Positions 56,890 to 64,000 of a stretch of 64,000 nucleotides of DNA are shown here, piece by piece. The DNA comes from Eledone cirrhosa (taxonomy: Eukaryota): positions 5,084,001-5,148,000 of the forward strand of contig OZ024747.1 of NCBI GenBank assembly GCA_964016885.1, in the 5' to 3' direction. Under the pieces are notes generated by a model that did no database searches, was not told the origin of the DNA, and saw only the letters and a list, made by a program, of their open reading frames with translations. Position 1 is the first letter of the stretch. Every line of letters begins with the position of its first letter. Made by a program: the position numbers and the translations under genes.

Positions 56890-57103
56890 TAATAATGAGT
56901 TCTACTATAGGCACAGGGCCAGCAATTTGGCGGGGAAGAGAAAGTCGATTAAATCGACCCCAGTTCATTACTGGTACTTTATTTTATCGACTCCGTAAAG
57001 ATGAAAGGCAAACCTAACCTCGGCGGGATTTGAACTCAGAATGTAAAGGACCGTAACTATATGCCACGAAGCAGAGTTTCTGACGCTCTCCCGATTCTGC
57101 CAA
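56890..57103 (-). mobile_element. Nin/Deu-like SINE, longer-tail subfamily
   Basis: B box and central domain, with an extra TTTGGCGGGGAAGAGAAAGTCGATT segment also seen near 14810. Confidence 0.8.
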
Positions 57104-57359
57104 TAAAACTCTTACAGAAAAAAACATGCAGTGTGAATGGAGAAAATTGTAAAGGAGTAAAATATCTACCGTATTTTTAATTATTTAATGAGAAATAGTG
57201 TCAAATAAATGTGTTTATCTTTTTTCTTAGACTAGAGTAAGATTTGAGGGCGATTTGTCTGCTATTTCTAACAAATCGCTTAGCCTCATAGAGGCTTTCA
57301 GCGCCAAGATATTTTATCCACTGTTATATACCTTTGTTTGCCTGTCATTTTATATTTTG

Positions 57360-57530
57360 AGCGCGAGGAATAAATTGGAAAGTGTGACGCACATACAGCG
57401 CCTTAATGGCGTAAGTGAGAAGAAATGGCTTCCACCGGAAATTGAGACTGCGCCGCCGTCTCGTCTTACCGGAAGCTCATCTTTTGCCATACAAAGTTCG
57501 CCTGCAAACGATTATTGATTGGTTGTTGTT
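57360..57530. promoter_or_regulatory. Candidate promoter-like CpG-rich patch
   Basis: Local CpG enrichment, two CCGGAA (Ets-like) sites, TGACGC, ATTGG (CCAAT on minus), and GTAAG donor-like sites on both strands. Confidence 0.3.
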
Positions 57531-58010
57531 CGTCCTGGTTATTGACTAAGTTAGGACAACTTGAGTTCTTCTCTATGTAAATTTAGCCAACCTTGCATTC
57601 CATTGTGTTGTGGAAAACAAATGGTGTGTGTGGTTGTGTGTGAGTGTGTGTGTGAGTGTGTGTGTGTGCGTGTTGTATGTCAGTGCGTGTGTGTGTGTGT
57701 TTGAGAGTGAGGGAAAGAAAGAGGTAAAAAAGAAACAAGTTAATGCAGGTGTATGTGATTGTGTTGGTATACTGATGTAATTATGGAAATCGTTATTGTG
57801 TGTATGTGTGTGCGTGTGTATGTGTGTATGTTTGTGTTTGTATGTTTGTGTGTGTGTGTTTTATGTGTATGTGTTTAGGAGTGAAATAGTATATACATGT
57901 GCAAGTGAATGACTTAGAGAGAAACAGAATTAGTGCACGTGCTCGTTAACACGTGGGTGTGTGGGTGGTAGGGTGTCAGTATGGGTGGGAGTTAGAGTAT
58001 GTGTCATCAC

Positions 58011-58051
<41 letters not shown>

Positions 58052-58134
58052 ACATCATCACCATCATCATCATCATCATCATCAACATCATCACCACCAT
58101 CATCATCATCACCACCATTATCACCACCACCCCT

Positions 58135-58177
<43 letters not shown>

Positions 58178-58804
58178 ATACCATCGTCATAGCCATTATC
58201 GTTGTGGTGGTTATCGTCTTCATTGTATTTCTCACTTGACCACTACAGTATCTTGGTTATAGACACAATGACAACAATAACTTTAGCAGGATTCGAACCC
58301 CTGACCAGGGACGATATTGGTCCTTATCCAGTGTTACCCCATCAACCCTGCTCCCCCCTCCCCCAACTATTGTAATAACCTTCATTGCTCAATAAAGAAT
58401 TAATGGCGTCAAATCTCTTTAGAAACTTAATGTCACCTTTAAATTTCTTATAATTCTCATACTGCAGTATTTATATTACTTTTGAACATAATATAGCTTA
58501 CACACACTCTCACACACACACTCTCTCTCACACACACACATACACACACACACACTCTCACACATACACACACACAGACATTCATACACATACATTCATA
58601 CACACACATATACATTAAGGTATAGAGCTACATCCCATAATAATCCTATTTTCCGACCGCCATCCCATAATAGAGACAATTCTATCCATAAACCTAATAT
58701 AAACGAAGCTATGGACACAGAACAATAGATTATATTTTCGAGACATAATAAGTAATTATCATATCTTAATAAGTAGGTGATCGTTGAATATATTCTGGAA
58801 CTGG

Positions 58805-58872
<68 letters not shown>

Positions 58873-59319
58873 GTGTGTCTGTGTGTGGGTGTGTCTGTGT
58901 TTATGTCTGTGTTTATGTGTCTCTGTGTGTTTGTGTGTGTGTGCATGTGTTGTTGTGCGTATGTGTGTATGTGTGTCTGTGTGCGTGCGTGTGTGTTTGT
59001 CTCTGTGCATGTATGTGTGTGTGAGTCTGTGTGTGCTTCTCTCCCTCCCTCTCTCCCTCTCTCCCTCTCTCCCTCTATCTCTCTGTCTCTCTCTCTGTCT
59101 CTTTAAGAAATCAGCTGTGTTCAAACCTCGAGAAGAAATAAGCACCACCAGCTTTAAATAATTGTTTCTACTTTTGGCACAAGGCCAGCAATTACCCAGT
59201 GCATTACTGGTACTTTATTTTATCGACCCCGTAAGCATGAAAGGCAAAAGTTAACCTCGCTACACGAAGTATTTCACTATGGCGCCCCCTTACGACACCA
59301 TCAGAAGTTATTAATCCAT

Positions 59320-59600
59320 ACATACTGTCTGTCTTAAGCCAGAAGGTTCATTTGGCCGGTGCTTATCCCGGTTTCATGGCCTGCAGCGACTGAGAGTACA
59401 ATACTGCGCCCCTGGACAGGACGCCAGTCCATCGCAGGGTCAAACCCTTAGCTATTGCTGGTACTCATTTTCAGCTGAGTATTCTGGAGCAATGTGAAAT
59501 GAAGTGTTTTGCTCAAGAACATAGCAGGCAAACCAGGAATCGAACCCACGACATTATGATCGAAAGTCCAACACTTTTACCACTAGGCCACGTGTCTCCA
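59320..59600 (-). mobile_element. tRNA-derived CORE/V-like SINE
   Basis: Minus strand shows A box TGGCCTAGTGG, B box GGTTCGATTCC and the TTGAGCAAAACACTTCATTTCACATTGCTCCAG domain. Confidence 0.8.
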
Positions 59601-59670
59601 TACAAACACATACATATAAGGAAGTGATGAAATATGTCAAACCTAGCGGTATTTTAACACTAGAAATAAT

Positions 59671-59856
59671 TGTTTCTACATTTGGCACAAGGCCAGCAAT
59701 TATCCCAGTACATTACTGGTACTTTATTTTATCGACCCCGTAAGGATGAAAGGCAAAGTCAACCTCGGCGGGATTTGAACTCAGATCGTAAAGGGACGTA
59801 ACTATGCTGGAAAGCATGGCGTCCGACCCTCTACCGATACTGCCAATCCACCGCCA
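59671..59856 (-). mobile_element. Nin/Deu-like SINE with 18-bp TSD
   Basis: TSD TTTAACACTAGAAATAAT at 59653-59670 and 59857-59874. Confidence 0.9.
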
Positions 59857-60446
59857 TTTAACACTAGAAATAATACTCTAATATATTTAGTACAAACGAC
59901 AACTCTCTCTATACTCACTAACAAATATAATTATCGAAATTTCATTATTTTTCTTCTTTTTTTTTTTCTTTTAGTTTTCAAAGATATAAAAATTTGAAGG
60001 ACTTTTGATAATTTCAAAGATCTTTTTTAATATGAAAAGTATTTGAAGTAACCGATCTTTTTTACACAAATTCGATCTTTTTTCCCGTTCACACAGAAAG
60101 GTGTGTGGAAGGGTGGAGGCTCCGACTGTTGGAATCCAGAATAAGATTAGGAGAAATATTGAAAGTGTTTTTACTGTGAAAAAATCTCTCAGAAGATTAA
60201 ATGTAACATTTATATATTTATCGATCTTGTACGGCAGATAATTTATTTCGTTCAAGTAATTGTGCGCGATGCTCTAGTGATTCTGTCAATTTACTGCCCT
60301 ATGACTGATATTTACCCGACACTCTACCGGTTATACCAACCCTCCACCATAAGTCTGATATTTTGCCCGACATGTATGTATGTATGTATGTATGTATGTA
60401 TGTATGTATGTATGTATGTATGTATGTATGTATGTATGTATGTATG

Positions 60447-60508
<62 letters not shown>

Positions 60509-60541
60509 TGTATGTATGTGAGTATATATGTATGTGAGTAT

Positions 60542-60590
<49 letters not shown>

Positions 60591-60837
60591 ATATATATCA
60601 GAGAGGGTGTGGTAAGAACTCACCATAGTACTCGATACTTGGGGTAATGGAGGGGGTATGTATACATTTATATATATGTATACATTTATATATATGTATA
60701 CATATATATATATATGTGGTGTATGTGTGTGTGTATGTATGTGTGTGTGTGTATATATATATATGTATGTATGTAAGTATGTATATATATATATATATGT
60801 GTGTGTGTGTATCTATGTATATATGTATGTATGTGAG

Positions 60838-60872
<35 letters not shown>

Positions 60873-61032
60873 ATGTATGTGTGTGTGTGTGTGTGTGTAC
60901 TGTATGTATATATATGCGTATAACAGGATTTTGTGTAATATTTTAAAGTGTGTACATTACATATATGTTTTATTCTTATTTCTTTACATTCTCGATTTCA
61001 CTCCATTCTTCCTATGTGTGTGTATGTGTGTT

Positions 61033-61119
<87 letters not shown>

Positions 61120-61774
61120 AAACGTACAAACAACACACATAAAATGCTTCATTGGGTATATGAGGTGTTAGTATGTATACGTTTATCTATCGTTTAAGTA
61201 CATCCGTTAATAGATGTAAACATGAATCAGTTTGTGTGTAAGTTTGTGTGTAGTTATGTGTTAAAGTATATATGTTCATGTATATATGTGTATATGTGTA
61301 TATATTCATGTATATATGTGTTCATGTATATATGTTCATGTATATATATGTATATGTTCATGTATATATGAGTATATGTTCATGTATATATATGTGTATA
61401 TCTTCATGTATATATGTATATATGTTCATGTATATATGTGTATATGTTCATGTATATATGTGTATATGTTCATGTATATATGAGTATATGTTCATGTATA
61501 TATATGTATATGTTCATGTATATATGTGTATATGTTCATGTATATATGAGTATATGTGTGCGCCAAAGTGCACAAGCACACGAGTTTTTACGTTCTTTGA
61601 AATCTTTAAGTAAGTGTTAAGTTACAGAGTATTTTTCCAACAAAATCCATAATATACTCCATTATTTTACCGAGATAATGAATATATACATAAATATACG
61701 TATATATTCTTATATATATATATATATATATATATATAATCAATGAAACAATTGTTAATACTATATATAAATAG

Positions 61775-61852
<78 letters not shown>

Positions 61853-61875
61853 GTATATAAATATATGTGTATATA

Positions 61876-61915
<40 letters not shown>

Positions 61916-62623
61916 TATATACATATATTTATATACATATATATATACATATATATACATATATATATAAATATAATACATATATATATATATATATATA
62001 TAATTCATTAATAATATTTATATAAATAGATTAGTATACAAACCAATATATATATATAAAAATATATAAAGTATGTATATGTAAATAATGTAAGCAATTA
62101 AATAGCTCAATAAAAGCTCACTTTAGAAAATTCATTGACACTTCAAATACTTAGCTAGGTCTGTTTATTACAGCCTCACCTATTTCTAAAACTATAGATT
62201 AAGCTGATGTCGTTGGCTGAAGAACGTGTGAAAATTGTTCTCCTATCACCACAGAAAATGTTTTTAGCACCTCTTCATGTTTAAAATTATTATTTTAATG
62301 TTCAGCTAAAATGGCCGCCATTTTTCCGTTCGTATTTGCTTTTACATTACACGTTATTTGGCAGTTGTCCAACGTGTATAAGTACAGGCACATTAACACA
62401 CACACACACACACACACACTTACACACACACACACATACACAGACACACACACGCACGTGCACGCATACACACACACACACTCATACACATACACACACT
62501 CATAATAATGTATATGCGCACAAATATATATGTACGCATACACACCTCTCTCTTTCTCCATATATATACACACACACATATATATATATATATATACACA
62601 CACACATATATATATATATATAT

Positions 62624-62679
<56 letters not shown>

Positions 62680-63059
62680 TATCTATATAATATATGTATA
62701 TATAATGTTTATATATGAATGTGTGTGTATGTATATATATATTTAGAGAGAAAGAAAGAGGGGGATATGTATGTATTTATATATGCATGCGTACAAACAA
62801 ATATGAAGAAACTCACACACACGTACTCTCATACACTTACACAAACACACGTGAATACATACACACACAAATACATATATACATGAAGACAACCTCACAC
62901 ATATACGTACAGACGCGTTCACCTCTACACATACTAACATATATATATATATACACACATGTACATACACCGATATTAATATACATACATATACATGCCC
63001 AAATACAAATATATATACATATACATACCAATATATAAATATACACACATGTACGTACC

Positions 63060-63119
<60 letters not shown>

Positions 63120-63605
63120 TGTACGTACCCATATATAAATATATACACATGTACATACCCAGAAATAAATATACATACCCTGATATAGATATATACACAT
63201 GTACATACCCTCATGTATATATGCATATACATACCCACATATATATATACACATACATATCCTGATATAGATATATACACATGTACATACCCTCATGTAT
63301 ATATGCATATACATACCCACATATATATATACACATACATACCCTGATATAGATATATACACATGTACATACCCATATATATATATATACACATACATAC
63401 ATACATACCCACATATATATACACATATACATACCCTGATATAGATATATACACATGTACATACCCAGATATATACATACATGTGTGTTTGTCTGTGTAC
63501 ATACCATCCCTACATATAAAATGCAAATGTAAAATTATAAAACATTTTCACACCGGGAAAACAATTAATGTAAAACTAGAATAAGCAGTATATGATGTTG
63601 TATAA

Positions 63606-64000
63606 TGGTAGTGGTGGTAGTGGTGGTGGTGGTAGTGGTGGGTGTTGTGTTGGTGGAGGTGGTGGTAGTGTTGGTGGTGGTAATGGTGGTGGTAGTGGTG
63701 GTGGTGGTGGTGGTGGTGGTGGGTGTTGTGTTGGTGGAGGTGGTGGTAGTGGTGGTAGTGGTGGTAGTGGTGGTGGTGGTGGTGGTGGGTGTTGTGTTGG
63801 TGGAGGTGGTGGTAGTGGTGGTGGTAGTGGTGGTGGTGGTGGTGGTGGTGGTGGGTGTTGTGTTGGTGGAGGTGGTGGTAGTGGTGGTAGTGGTGGTGGT
63901 GGTGGTGGTGGGTGTTGTGTTGGTGGAGGTGGTGGTAGTGGTGGTGGTAGTGGTGGTGGTGGTGGTGGTGCGGTGGTGGGTGTTGTGTTGGTGGAGTTGG
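63606..64000. repeat. (GGT)n-based compound minisatellite
   Basis: GGGTGTTGTGTTGGTGGAGG recurs between GGT runs. Confidence 0.9.

Overview
AT-rich, microsatellite-saturated animal DNA, most likely intergenic or intronic cephalopod (octopus-like) sequence; the organism is inferred from the SINE families and repeat landscape only. Nearly all listed ORFs are translations of simple repeats. The only long real ORF is a 5'-truncated L1/Tx1-type LINE ORF2 (21760-24189). The window also holds degraded RTE, RTE-X, CRE-like and Penelope-like (PLE) retroelement remnants and many tRNA-derived SINEs, including a 203-bp tandem SINE array. There are also mariner- and hAT-like MITEs and a 35-bp minisatellite. 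The most unusual signal is a dense set of short non-coding elements, mostly next to (TA)n tracts. They carry type I hammerhead ribozyme (HHR) motifs of several sequence families (about 13 full or near-full cores plus half-ribozymes). Several families share a downstream GTATYGAGTAC box, and the elements often occur as local inverted duplications. This resembles a non-autonomous PLE/retrozyme-like system. All RNA folds were read by eye and none has been tested. No host protein-coding gene could be established.
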